DNA of 45,761 nucleotides from a virus. Made by a program: the position numbers and the translations under genes. The notes below the pieces were generated by a model. That model did no database searches, was not told the DNA's origin, and saw only the letters and a program-made list of their open reading frames with translations. Positions 1 through 7,824 of this stretch are shown here, in pieces. The number at the start of each line of letters is the position of its first letter. Positions within the stretch are counted from its first letter, which is position 1. The stretch is taken from the IMG/VR virus record IMGVR_UViG_3300012080_000002. One strand, given 5' to 3'.

Positions 1-63
1 ACGCTATAATGTAGGACGAGGTGAAGAAAATGTTTGTGAGTGAAAAACAGATTGAGATTCGAT
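1..63 (+). repeat. attL: left copy of the direct repeat flanking the prophage
   Basis: nt 1-63 are identical to nt 45699-45761. The window end cuts off the comparison, so the true core may be longer. Confidence 0.9.
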
Positions 64-140
64 ATGCAGAGACGGACCAAATGGGTGTTGTCTACCATGC
101 TAACTACATCATTTGGATGGAGACAAGTTTAAAACGTTGA
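30..140 (+). pseudogene. truncated 5' copy of a hotdog-fold (4HBT/YbgC-like) acyl-CoA thioesterase gene
   Basis: ATG at 30 follows a GAGGTGA RBS. MFVSEKQIEIRYAETDQMGVVYHANY resembles thioesterase N-termini. The frame stops after 36 codons, where phage DNA begins. Confidence 0.55.
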
Positions 141-182
141 TATATAAGGGCGGGGAGGGGGTCAGATGAAACCGAACCCCAA

Positions 183-194
183 AAAGTACCCCAA
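183..194 (+). promoter_or_regulatory. putative integrase arm-type site AAAGTACCCCAA (a GAACCCCA variant lies at 174-181)
   Basis: The same GTACCCCA word occurs three times near attR (45523-45553) in the same orientation. Confidence 0.4.
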
Positions 195-224
195 ATTCAT
201 AAAAGAAGGTTATTTTTTTGTATA

Positions 225-1385
225 TCATCCACTTGCAAATTGATTCATCGTATCAATAGATTTAATTTCATCCTTTTCAAATGAATGGACATATACTTTC
301 AATATCGTATTAGGATCATCCCCAAGTATTTTTGCTACTGTAACAAGTGTTTCTCCGCGCGCAAGTAAAATAGAAGCAACGGTATGTCTTAAACCGTGAG
401 GTGATATTCTTCGTAATTCATATTTATTACAAATCATATCGATTGCATCCTCGACATAAGTCAAACCGATTGGGGCACAACCTTGTCTGGAAATGAAAAC
501 AAAATCCTCATCGTTGTGTTGCATGCTATTATTCCATTTCTTTTTTATACACCAAGCTTTATATGTTTTTAGTTTGACGTATAATTCGTCATTCATACTA
601 ATTTTCCTATAACCATTTTCACTCTTCGGTGGTCCTAGTCCAGTTCTAGTACGTGCTTTATTAATCGTGATAGACTTGGTTTTAAAATCAAGGTCTTTCC
701 AAGTTAATCCCATCATTTCGCCTTTACGCATACCTGTCATTGCTAAAGTTAAAATAGATGTATATCTAGTTGTAGGATCATTTTCTTTTACGCAGGATAG
801 AAAATGTTTTAGTTCTTCCTCTGTATAAAAGTTATCTTTATCACCAGTAGGGGCAGCACTAAAGTCCATTTTCTTAAAGCGATCTTTGGGCAGTATTTCT
901 TCATCGACAGCATAAGATAAAGCAGACTTAAACACTCTAAATATTCCTTGAATGGTTGCACGTTTTAACCTATATGAAACTAACACATCAATCAATTCTC
1001 TTTGTAGAGTCATTTTAGTGAGTTTTTGTAATTTGTAATGGCCAATAAGAGGTTTAATATGGTTATTATAAGACTCTTGATAAAGGATATACGTTCCAGG
1101 ACGCCACACGCTTTTTTTCATTTCAAACCAAATTTCCATCCATTGAGCCACGGTTAAATTTGCATTTTCGACATATCTATCATTTCCATCTAATACGTTT
1201 GCTTTTACTTCTATCAAAGCACGCTCAGCTGCTAGTTCAGTATCAAAACCTTGCTGAGATTTTTCCTTTCGCTTTCCAAATCGATCATAGTATTTATAGC
1301 GAAAAGCATACTTCTTTTCATTTTCTGAATCCTTGTACCAGTAAATGCAATCTTTTTTAGTAGTATAAAACTTTTTCCTAACCAT
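225..1385 (-). CDS. int: tyrosine recombinase / phage integrase
   Basis: C-terminal HGLRHTVASILLARG ... VYVH catalytic motifs and box I MRKGE. The ATG at 1385 has a GGAGG RBS. The track ORF extends to 1493 but has no RBS there. Confidence 0.9.
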   Translation of the reverse strand: MVRKKFYTTKKDCIYWYKDSENEKKYAFRYKYYDRFGKRKEKSQQGFDTELAAERALIEVKANVLDGNDRYVENANLTVAQWMEIWFEMKKSVWRPGTYILYQESYNNHIKPLIGHYKLQKLTKMTLQRELIDVLVSYRLKRATIQGIFRVFKSALSYAVDEEILPKDRFKKMDFSAAPTGDKDNFYTEEELKHFLSCVKENDPTTRYTSILTLAMTGMRKGEMMGLTWKDLDFKTKSITINKARTRTGLGPPKSENGYRKISMNDELYVKLKTYKAWCIKKKWNNSMQHNDEDFVFISRQGCAPIGLTYVEDAIDMICNKYELRRISPHGLRHTVASILLARGETLVTVAKILGDDPNTILKVYVHSFEKDEIKSIDTMNQFASG

Positions 1386-1406
1386 TGTGATTTCCTCCGT
1401 TTTAGC

Positions 1407-1420
1407 ACGAGCAGGTACAT
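1407..1420 (+). promoter_or_regulatory. 12/14 copy of the ACGAGCAGGTGCAA motif, just upstream of int
   Basis: AGCACGAGCAGGT is shared exactly with 4635-4647. See also 45481-45494 (reverse complement). Confidence 0.3.
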
Positions 1421-1509
1421 TGAAGAAAATCGTTTGCATCACTCCTTTCGATGGGAATGTACGTTCTTTTTTAGATGAGAAAAAAGCGCTCATACGAACG
1501 CTATTCAGA

Positions 1510-2301
1510 TTAAATTTTTAAGAGTTCTTTTTTCTTTTCTTCAAATTCTTCTTGTGTTAATACACCTATATCCAAAAGTTGTTTATACTTCAATATTTCA
1601 TCTGCTGCAGAGATAGATTGCCCTTGGTGACTAGTTGATTCAACTGAAGTTTGTTGTTGATTACAAATTAATTCTAAAACCGAAAGACATTCATGAGCCA
1701 GTTTATATGCATTTTTATATAACACTCCACTTTTTTTCATATCAGTCTCAATGAAGTTAACATAAACTACAGGATTATAAATATTGTTTAAAGTAATTTT
1801 TAATTTCAAACTACTACAAATACCCTTGGTTTTCTTTTTGCCGGTTACACCACCTACTATTGCACCAGCACCTCCAAATAAAGCTCCACCTACAAGAGCT
1901 CGACCTAAGCCACCAGAACTTATAGACTCACCATCTTCTAGTAATTCAAAATCAACAATATCACTATAGTCATAAACAGTAGATTTATTGCGTTTCCCTA
2001 AAATTGACGATAAAATAAGCCATTTTTTATTATTATCATCAAACTCTACAAAATTTCCAATTCGTTTTGTAGGATTAAATGATTCTAATTCAAGTTTATT
2101 TTCTTTTTGTGTAAGGATTGCATTTTTTATATCTTCAACGGTCATATGAGTAATAGCCTTTTCATTTTGGCCTATTTTTTTAAGGTTAGCTGCTTTAAAA
2201 CATGAAGGACACACCCATTTTTTATCTGCAATACGAAAACGGTTTAAACCTACTTCTTGATCACATACACCACATACTTGCTTTAAACTAAAAAAGCCCA
2301 T
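1510..2301 (-). CDS. zinc-ribbon / glycine-zipper / SHOCT-domain protein of unknown function
   Basis: N-terminal CGVC...CPSC. Central GGLGRALVGGALFGGAGAIVGG. The C-terminal AADEILKYKQLLDIGVLTQEEFEEKKKELL looks like a SHOCT motif. Confidence 0.6.
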   Translation of the reverse strand: MGFFSLKQVCGVCDQEVGLNRFRIADKKWVCPSCFKAANLKKIGQNEKAITHMTVEDIKNAILTQKENKLELESFNPTKRIGNFVEFDDNNKKWLILSSILGKRNKSTVYDYSDIVDFELLEDGESISSGGLGRALVGGALFGGAGAIVGGVTGKKKTKGICSSLKLKITLNNIYNPVVYVNFIETDMKKSGVLYKNAYKLAHECLSVLELICNQQQTSVESTSHQGQSISAADEILKYKQLLDIGVLTQEEFEEKKKELLKI

Positions 2302-2340
2302 TTTATCCCATCCTTTTCATTAACATTTTATAAATATGTA

Positions 2341-2787
2341 TTAAAATAGCCTCTTACATTTCAGTTTTACCAGCTCTAGCGGTACATTATGTAATGAAGC
2401 TATATCGTAAATAGTTTTTTGTTCATCGTAATCAAATAAATTTTCATCGGGTATTAAAAGATGAGCAGCAAAGGTATTTGCTTCTATTTCTACTTTATCA
2501 ACAGAGAAAAACGTATTTGTTCTCATGAAAGGTGTGTTTAGTTTAGTATGTAATAATGCATGACCTAATTCATGAGCACAAACAATTAGTTGTTCTTCGC
2601 TGCTTAAGCTACTGTTAATAAATATAAACCTGTTACGTTTTTCATATTGATAAAAACCTTTTATATCGGGTGGTAGATCCCAATAAAAAATTTCTGTTTT
2701 TAAATATTTGGCTAACGAAAATGGATTCCGGGTACCGTACTTTTTATATAAAGCCCCTACTTTTTGTCTAACCCACTCCATCCGCAT
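2341..2787 (-). CDS. ImmA/IrrE-family zinc metallopeptidase
   Basis: HELGHALLH (HEXXH) motif. It lies immediately downstream of the XRE repressor, the usual pairing. Confidence 0.85.
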   Translation of the reverse strand: MRMEWVRQKVGALYKKYGTRNPFSLAKYLKTEIFYWDLPPDIKGFYQYEKRNRFIFINSSLSSEEQLIVCAHELGHALLHTKLNTPFMRTNTFFSVDKVEIEANTFAAHLLIPDENLFDYDEQKTIYDIASLHNVPLELVKLKCKRLF

Positions 2788-2801
2788 CCCCTCGAATCAT
2801 T

Positions 2802-3251
2802 TTAATCTTCTTTATCTCTATATTTATTAGGAATGTACTTTTTGTTGTTTTTCTTCGCTAGTCTTACACCAAATTCCATTGCTTCTAATAAGGATTCTTT
2901 TGCTTCATCACTCATTGGTTCACCATCGAAAAGTAGACCGGTTGCAGATGATAAATCCTCGCGTAGTTCTGCCATTCGTTTGGAAATATCAATTTCATCT
3001 TTTCTGGAGAGGGAAGTAGACTTTTTCTCGTTTAGCTTAGGAATCATTTCTCCTTCACCAGTTAATAACCATTTATAAGAAACTCCATATAATTCAGTGA
3101 GTATGGCAAGTGTATTCATATCGGGTTCGCTAACATTATTCTCATAACCACTAAGCGTCTTATTATTAATATTAGTTCTGTCTTTAACCTGGGTTTGTCT
3201 TAACCCACTTTTTTGACGAGCTATTCTCAAACGTTCACCTAAAGTTTGCAT
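2802..3251 (-). CDS. XRE-family HTH repressor (CI-like)
   Basis: LGERLRIARQKSGLRQTQV... helix-turn-helix. ATG at 3251 follows an AAGGTGGTG RBS. It is divergent from the cro-like gene. Confidence 0.85.
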   Translation of the reverse strand: MQTLGERLRIARQKSGLRQTQVKDRTNINNKTLSGYENNVSEPDMNTLAILTELYGVSYKWLLTGEGEMIPKLNEKKSTSLSRKDEIDISKRMAELREDLSSATGLLFDGEPMSDEAKESLLEAMEFGVRLAKKNNKKYIPNKYRDKED

Positions 3252-3274
3252 TAAAACACCACCTTTTTTCTTTA

Positions 3275-3303
3275 AGTTTAAGAACATTTAAACATAATCT
3301 CAA
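3275..3303 (-). promoter_or_regulatory. candidate repressor promoter (TTGAGA-17-TAAACT on the minus strand)
   Basis: Read directly from the sequence. The 17-nt spacer was counted by hand. Confidence 0.45.
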
Positions 3304-3308
3304 AAATA

Positions 3309-3399
3309 AAGAATATTTTTCTTAAAAACTTAGAATTTTTATTGACTTCTTAGAAATTAAGAATTATAGTTAGTCTAACGAGTTCTTAGATATTAAGAA
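3309..3399. promoter_or_regulatory. operator cluster built from TTCTT/AAGAA half-sites
   Basis: 17-bp palindromes TTCTTAGAAATTAAGAA (3347-3363) and TTCTTAGATATTAAGAA (3383-3399). Also AAGAATATTTTTCTT (3309-3323) and TTCTTAAAAACTTAGAA (3319-3335). Confidence 0.6.
3342..3370 (+). promoter_or_regulatory. early rightward promoter TTGACT-17-TATAGT
   Basis: Near-consensus sigma-A hexamers. An operator palindrome fills the spacer. Confidence 0.6.
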
Positions 3400-3414
3400 A
3401 ATGAGGTGATCCTA

Positions 3415-3636
3415 ATGAAAGTACATGAAAGAATTCGTCGGTATATAGAAAGCAATGGTTTAAAAATGAATTATGTTGCTGATAGATCATCTATTGAATT
3501 AAAGAGGTTTTATCGTGTTATTAATGGTGATTCTATTTTATCGGCGGATGAGTACGAAAAAATTTGTATAGGTTTAGACGTCGAGTTAAATTTTTTTAAA
3601 GATAAATTCTTAGTTTCTAAGAATAAAACAGCTTAA
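3415..3636 (+). CDS. Cro-like small HTH regulator
   Basis: 73 aa, divergent from the repressor. ATG at 3415 follows a GAGGTG RBS. Confidence 0.7.
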   Translation: MKVHERIRRYIESNGLKMNYVADRSSIELKRFYRVINGDSILSADEYEKICIGLDVELNFFKDKFLVSKNKTA

Positions 3637-3660
3637 TAAAACCCAAAAGGAGGTTCCTTT

Positions 3661-4407
3661 ATGGATCAATTAGTAATTATTCAAAATCGCCAAGCGTTAA
3701 CAACATCAACACATGTTGCTGATTCATTTGAAAAGCGTCACGACAATATTTTGCGTGATATTGAAAGCTTTAAAAAAGATGTCCTCAATTTTGAGGAGAT
3801 GTTTTTCGAAACTGATATGCCGGATAGTTATGGACGACCTCGAAGAACTTTTCTTATGAATAGAGATGGGTTCACTTTACTAGCAATGGGCTTCACAGGA
3901 AAGAAAGCCATCCAGTTTAAATTGCAGTACATTCAAGCGTTTAATCAAATGGAAAAAATGTTGCTTGAACAGAATCGACCATCCTATGAAATATCTGATC
4001 CAGTTACTCGTGCTGAGAAATGGATTGAAGAAGAAAAACAGCGATTAATGTTGGCTGCTAAGGTCGAAGAACAAAAACCTAAAGTTCTATTCGCAGAAGC
4101 AATTCAAGCAAGTAAAACAACAATACTTATTGGCGAGTATGCAAAAATCTTAAAGCAAAACGGTGTAGACATTGGACAAAAGAGACTTTTCGAATGGCTT
4201 AGAGATAATGGATATTTAATCAAACGAAAAGGTTCTGACTATAACACACCGACTCAAAAGAGTATGGAGTTAGGTTTATTCGAAATAAAAGAAACACCAA
4301 TTCATCACACTAGTGGAGAAATCAGCATTTCAAGAACTTCAAAAATAACTGGTAAAGGGCAATCCTACTTCATTAATAAGTTTTTGACAAAGGAGGTTGC
4401 TATATGA
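3661..4407 (+). CDS. Rha-family regulator with a KilAC/ANT-type antirepressor C-terminal domain
   Basis: The N-terminus (LVIIQNRQALTTSTHVADSFEKRHDNILRDIE) is Rha-like. The C-terminus (PKVLFAEAIQASKTTILIGEYAKIL...LFEWLRDNGYL) is KilAC-like. Confidence 0.8.
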   Translation: MDQLVIIQNRQALTTSTHVADSFEKRHDNILRDIESFKKDVLNFEEMFFETDMPDSYGRPRRTFLMNRDGFTLLAMGFTGKKAIQFKLQYIQAFNQMEKMLLEQNRPSYEISDPVTRAEKWIEEEKQRLMLAAKVEEQKPKVLFAEAIQASKTTILIGEYAKILKQNGVDIGQKRLFEWLRDNGYLIKRKGSDYNTPTQKSMELGLFEIKETPIHHTSGEISISRTSKITGKGQSYFINKFLTKEVAI

Positions 4408-4625
4408 TTCAAGAGCAAATCGAAGATGATGTAACACTTTTCTGGGATATAGATGACATCATTCGAGAAACTCGATATAAAAAAACATTTCTTGAAGCGA
4501 ATCTGTTATGTGATCCAAGAGTTAAACGGTTTGAAAGAAAGCCAAAACCACGAAGTAAAAGAATCTGGCTTGCTGGACCAACAAAAGAAACTATTAAAAA
4601 TATCATAATGAACGAATGGAATTAA
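4404..4625 (+). CDS. small protein, DUF771-like putative excisionase
   Basis: The pattern W-DIDDI...FLEANLLCDPRVKRF...RIWLAGPTKETIKN resembles DUF771 excisionase-like proteins. This is a by-eye comparison only. Confidence 0.35.
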   Translation: MIQEQIEDDVTLFWDIDDIIRETRYKKTFLEANLLCDPRVKRFERKPKPRSKRIWLAGPTKETIKNIIMNEWN

Positions 4626-4637
4626 AAATAGAAAAGC

Positions 4638-4651
4638 ACGAGCAGGTGCAA
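4638..4651 (+). promoter_or_regulatory. ACGAGCAGGTGCAA motif copy
   Basis: An exact 14-mer is also present in reverse complement at 45481-45494, and a 12/14 copy at 1407-1420. Confidence 0.3.
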
Positions 4652-4661
4652 GTAAACAGGA

Positions 4662-4728
4662 GAGGCCAGGGCAAATGGCCTCGTCAAACTACCAATCTAG
4701 TAAGAGGTTGGGGCAAATCAACCTCTTA
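4662..4728 (+). promoter_or_regulatory. two hairpins with different stems but the same GGGCAAA(T) loop
   Basis: GAGGCCA-gggcaaa-TGGCCTC (4662-4682) and TAAGAGGTTG-gggcaaat-CAACCTCTTA (4701-4728). Confidence 0.5.
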
Positions 4729-4810
4729 TCACTATATTAAGTTAACTTGATTGAAATTAGTAACACATAATGGACTAAGTCCATAAACGACTAATGAAAG
4801 GAATGGAAGT

Positions 4811-5104
4811 ATGGGGGCATTATCACTGGATTTTACAAAAGTATTAAAGAAGTTTCGTGAAGAAGCAAAGATTTCTCAAGAGGAAATGGCACACGAACTT
4901 AATATAACGCAATCGCATGTTAGTAAATACGAATGTGGCCGAAAGGTAATAGACCTAGAAACATTTATGCGCTGGGTGCAGATAACAAATTGTGAAGTGC
5001 AGGCAGCAGCAATTTTATTCGGTACTGAGGTATGTGCTCAAGCAATTCACCTTATGCAAACAATACCTATGTTTATTGGAGGATTATTTAGTTGGATGCT
5101 TTAG
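4811..5104 (+). CDS. XRE-family HTH protein
   Basis: ISQEEMAHELNITQSHVSKYECGRK helix-turn-helix. Confidence 0.7.
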   Translation: MGALSLDFTKVLKKFREEAKISQEEMAHELNITQSHVSKYECGRKVIDLETFMRWVQITNCEVQAAAILFGTEVCAQAIHLMQTIPMFIGGLFSWML

Positions 5105-5349
5105 AAAAACTGAATCAACAGATTAATAGAGAGTTAACATGTATCGATGATCTAACAACTGAAATCAAAATGCTTGCTCGAAAAGGTCAAATCAACTTAG
5201 CGAAACAACGAGAACAAGACCTACATAATTCATTGGATCAACTAGAAAAACATCATAGACGCAGTAAATTATGGTCGACAGCTGCAGACTTAAAACTTCA
5301 AGTGAAAAAAGCGAAAGTGGTGAAGAAGGTTGTGGAAATGGCTAGATAA
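5092..5349 (+). CDS. hypothetical coiled-coil protein
   Basis: ORF overlaps the upstream gene. No motif recognised. Confidence 0.5.
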   Translation: MDALEKLNQQINRELTCIDDLTTEIKMLARKGQINLAKQREQDLHNSLDQLEKHHRRSKLWSTAADLKLQVKKAKVVKKVVEMAR

Positions 5350-5374
5350 CTATTTTTACTTACCAGAGGATGAG

Positions 5375-5464
5375 ATGCCGGAGTCACATAGAAAGTTTTG
5401 CGTAGGTGCAGCGCTAACGATGTTAGTCATTGGTGTACTAGTAATTATTGCTTGTTGGCAATAA
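5375..5464 (+). CDS. possible 29-aa single-TM peptide
   Basis: MPESHRKFCVGAALTMLVIGVLVIIACWQ follows a GAGGA RBS. A GCTGCTTAATCA/TGATTAAACAGC hairpin follows it. Confidence 0.3.
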   Translation: MPESHRKFCVGAALTMLVIGVLVIIACWQ

Positions 5465-5565
5465 AAAAGCTGCTTAATCATTGGAGTGATTAAACAGCAG
5501 TACGGTTTATGTCTACCTACATTATAACACAAAATCAGACGTTTGCGAGTCGAAACTCGCTCTCG

Positions 5566-5625
5566 TCAAGCAGCTTGTAAATGGTTGGTTAGCCTTTTCC
5601 TCTATGGAATTTACAAGTTGCTTGA
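5566..5625. repeat. 17-bp inverted repeat (16/17 matched) with a 26-nt spacer
   Basis: TCAAGCAGCTTGTAAAT (5566-5582) pairs with ATTTACAAGTTGCTTGA (5609-5625). Confidence 0.7.
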
Positions 5626-5660
5626 TGGGAAAAGCCATCAGAAAGAAGGTGAGTTGCTAA

Positions 5661-5873
5661 ATGAATAATATTGCACCGTTTAAAAACAAGATACCTGATG
5701 TTCGTATTGAAACAGAAGAGTTTGAAGAACGCTTCAGCGAGTATGACATCATTAGTCAATTCAACGGAATCATTCTTACACTAGTTGCTGTTGAAAATAA
5801 TGTCCGTTATACATCATATGTAACAGCATCCTACGCAGAATTTTTACGCAAACAGAAGGAGGCAATAGCGTGA
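5661..5873 (+). CDS. hypothetical protein
   Basis: ORF with an AAGGTGAG RBS. Confidence 0.5.
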   Translation: MNNIAPFKNKIPDVRIETEEFEERFSEYDIISQFNGIILTLVAVENNVRYTSYVTASYAEFLRKQKEAIA

Positions 5874-6091
5874 ACTTATTATTAGAAAATCCAATGGTGT
5901 TAGGCACTATAGAGCAAGTAAATCATGTACCCACATTTCGTTATATAGAAGATTTTAGGGATCTATACGGTTCTCTAATCGTTAGCAACGATGATTATAT
6001 GAAATTCCCTAATGGTGATGTAGTGCATTTTGACAACATTCACACGTATTTAGAAACGTATTTCGGTGCGGCATTTTGTACAAAAAAATAA
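5870..6091 (+). CDS. hypothetical protein
   Basis: ORF coupled by overlap to the previous gene. Confidence 0.5.
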   Translation: MNLLLENPMVLGTIEQVNHVPTFRYIEDFRDLYGSLIVSNDDYMKFPNGDVVHFDNIHTYLETYFGAAFCTKK

Positions 6092-6164
6092 ACCACTACT
6101 CGCAATAGTGGCTTACAAAACAATATATTAGCGCTCATTATAGCGCACTACAGGAGGAATTTCA

Positions 6165-7055
6165 ATGAACAACCTTACTGAACAGTACAACAGCCCTCAA
6201 ATGGGACAACCTCAATTTCAAGGCGGAGCGCTAGCACAAGCTAGTGCTTCACGCGAAATGGAAGAAGTAAAAGGGCAAATTTTCATGGCTAAACAGTTTC
6301 CGCGCAATGTATTCCAAGCTGAACAACGCGTGTTAGATACATGTAAACGTCCAGCACTAGCTCAAACAGCAATGTACAGTTACCCAAAAGGTGGCACAAA
6401 GGTAACTGGTCCATCAATACGATTAGCAGAGGCAATTGCTCAGAACTGGGGCAACCTTTCATATGGCATTCAAGAGTTAGAACAACGTAATGGTGAATCA
6501 GTAGCCAAAGCTTTTTGTTGGGACCTTGAAACAAACGTGCGCCAAGAAAAAGTATTCACTGTAAAACATGCAATTGGAACAAAAAAAGGTTTAAAGCAAT
6601 TAACTGATCCACGTGATATTTATGAAAAGGTAGCTAACGATGGAGCGCGTCGATTACGTTCTTGCATCCTTGGAGTAATTCCAGGCGACATCGTTGATAA
6701 AGCAGTTTTACAGTGTACAGAAACACTAGCTGGTAATAGCAAAGGACCATTAAAAGACCGGATTGCTAGTATGTTAAAAGGTTTTAAAGACCATTATCGT
6801 GTTACCCAAGAAATGGTTGAAACAAAGTTCGGTTACAATGCTGATTCTTTCAGTGAGTACGATTACGTAGAACTTCTTAACATTGCCAACAGCTTAAAGG
6901 ATGGAATGTCGAAAGTAGAAGATTGGTTCCCAAAAGATGATGCGAAAAATCAATCTAGTGGCTTAGGTGATGCATATAAAGACGAGCAAAAAGCAGAGGT
7001 GAAACAAGATGCACCAAACGACATTCCGATTGAACAGTCAGAACTACCACTCTAA
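6165..7055 (+). CDS. putative recombination / single-strand annealing protein (family not assigned)
   Basis: 296 aa, immediately upstream of and overlapping a PD-(D/E)XK exonuclease gene. The call rests on position only. Confidence 0.4.
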   Translation: MNNLTEQYNSPQMGQPQFQGGALAQASASREMEEVKGQIFMAKQFPRNVFQAEQRVLDTCKRPALAQTAMYSYPKGGTKVTGPSIRLAEAIAQNWGNLSYGIQELEQRNGESVAKAFCWDLETNVRQEKVFTVKHAIGTKKGLKQLTDPRDIYEKVANDGARRLRSCILGVIPGDIVDKAVLQCTETLAGNSKGPLKDRIASMLKGFKDHYRVTQEMVETKFGYNADSFSEYDYVELLNIANSLKDGMSKVEDWFPKDDAKNQSSGLGDAYKDEQKAEVKQDAPNDIPIEQSELPL

Positions 7056-7812
7056 TGAAGCGAATCAACGCTATATGTCAGTGTCACAGTTTAAAAGTGC
7101 AATGGAATGCGAGGCTAAAGCATTTGCAGAGGTAAGGGGAGAGTTTACTCGTCCCCCCTCTACAGCACTATTGGTTGGCTCATACTTACATGCTGCCTTT
7201 GAAAGTAATGAGGCGTTTCGCGAATTTCTAGAGCAAAATCACAGCACTATCTATAACAATCGTGGAAACAAATATAAGGATTACGAGAAAGCTGATGACA
7301 TGATCGAAACGATTAAAAATGACGAGTTTTGTATGTTCGCTTTGCAAGGTGAAAAAGAAGTCATCTACACAGGTGAATTATTCGGTGTTGAGTGGAAAAT
7401 CAAAGTCGATAACATCAATCATGAGCGTGGATTTTTCAGTGATATAAAAAGTACACAGGAGCTTAAAAAGCGATACTGGAGCGAGAAATACAGCACTTGG
7501 GTTTCATTTGTACAAGCCTTTGATTATGTGCTGCAGATGTGGGTGTATCGCGAAATTATTTATCAAAATATAGGTCATTACTATGATCCATATATTGTGG
7601 CAGTAACAAAAGAATCACCGCCAGATAAAGCAGTTTTACACTTCGATACAGGGCGTTTCGACTTCGAAAAGGAATATGTCGAAACTATGTTACCAAGCAT
7701 CATAGAAGCGAAGTTAGGACATAAAAATCCACATCGTTGTGACAAGTGTGAATACTGCCGGGCTTCAAAGAAGTTAGAAGGTACATTTGAAATTGAGTAT
7801 CTACTAGATTAG
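7009..7812 (+). CDS. PD-(D/E)XK (RecE/Cas4-like, DUF3799-type) exonuclease
   Basis: N-terminal YHSNEA..MSVSQFKSAMECEAKAFAE. C-terminal cysteine cluster CDKCEYC. Confidence 0.6.
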   Translation: MHQTTFRLNSQNYHSNEANQRYMSVSQFKSAMECEAKAFAEVRGEFTRPPSTALLVGSYLHAAFESNEAFREFLEQNHSTIYNNRGNKYKDYEKADDMIETIKNDEFCMFALQGEKEVIYTGELFGVEWKIKVDNINHERGFFSDIKSTQELKKRYWSEKYSTWVSFVQAFDYVLQMWVYREIIYQNIGHYYDPYIVAVTKESPPDKAVLHFDTGRFDFEKEYVETMLPSIIEAKLGHKNPHRCDKCEYCRASKKLEGTFEIEYLLD

Positions 7813-7824
7813 GTGGTGCATTGA

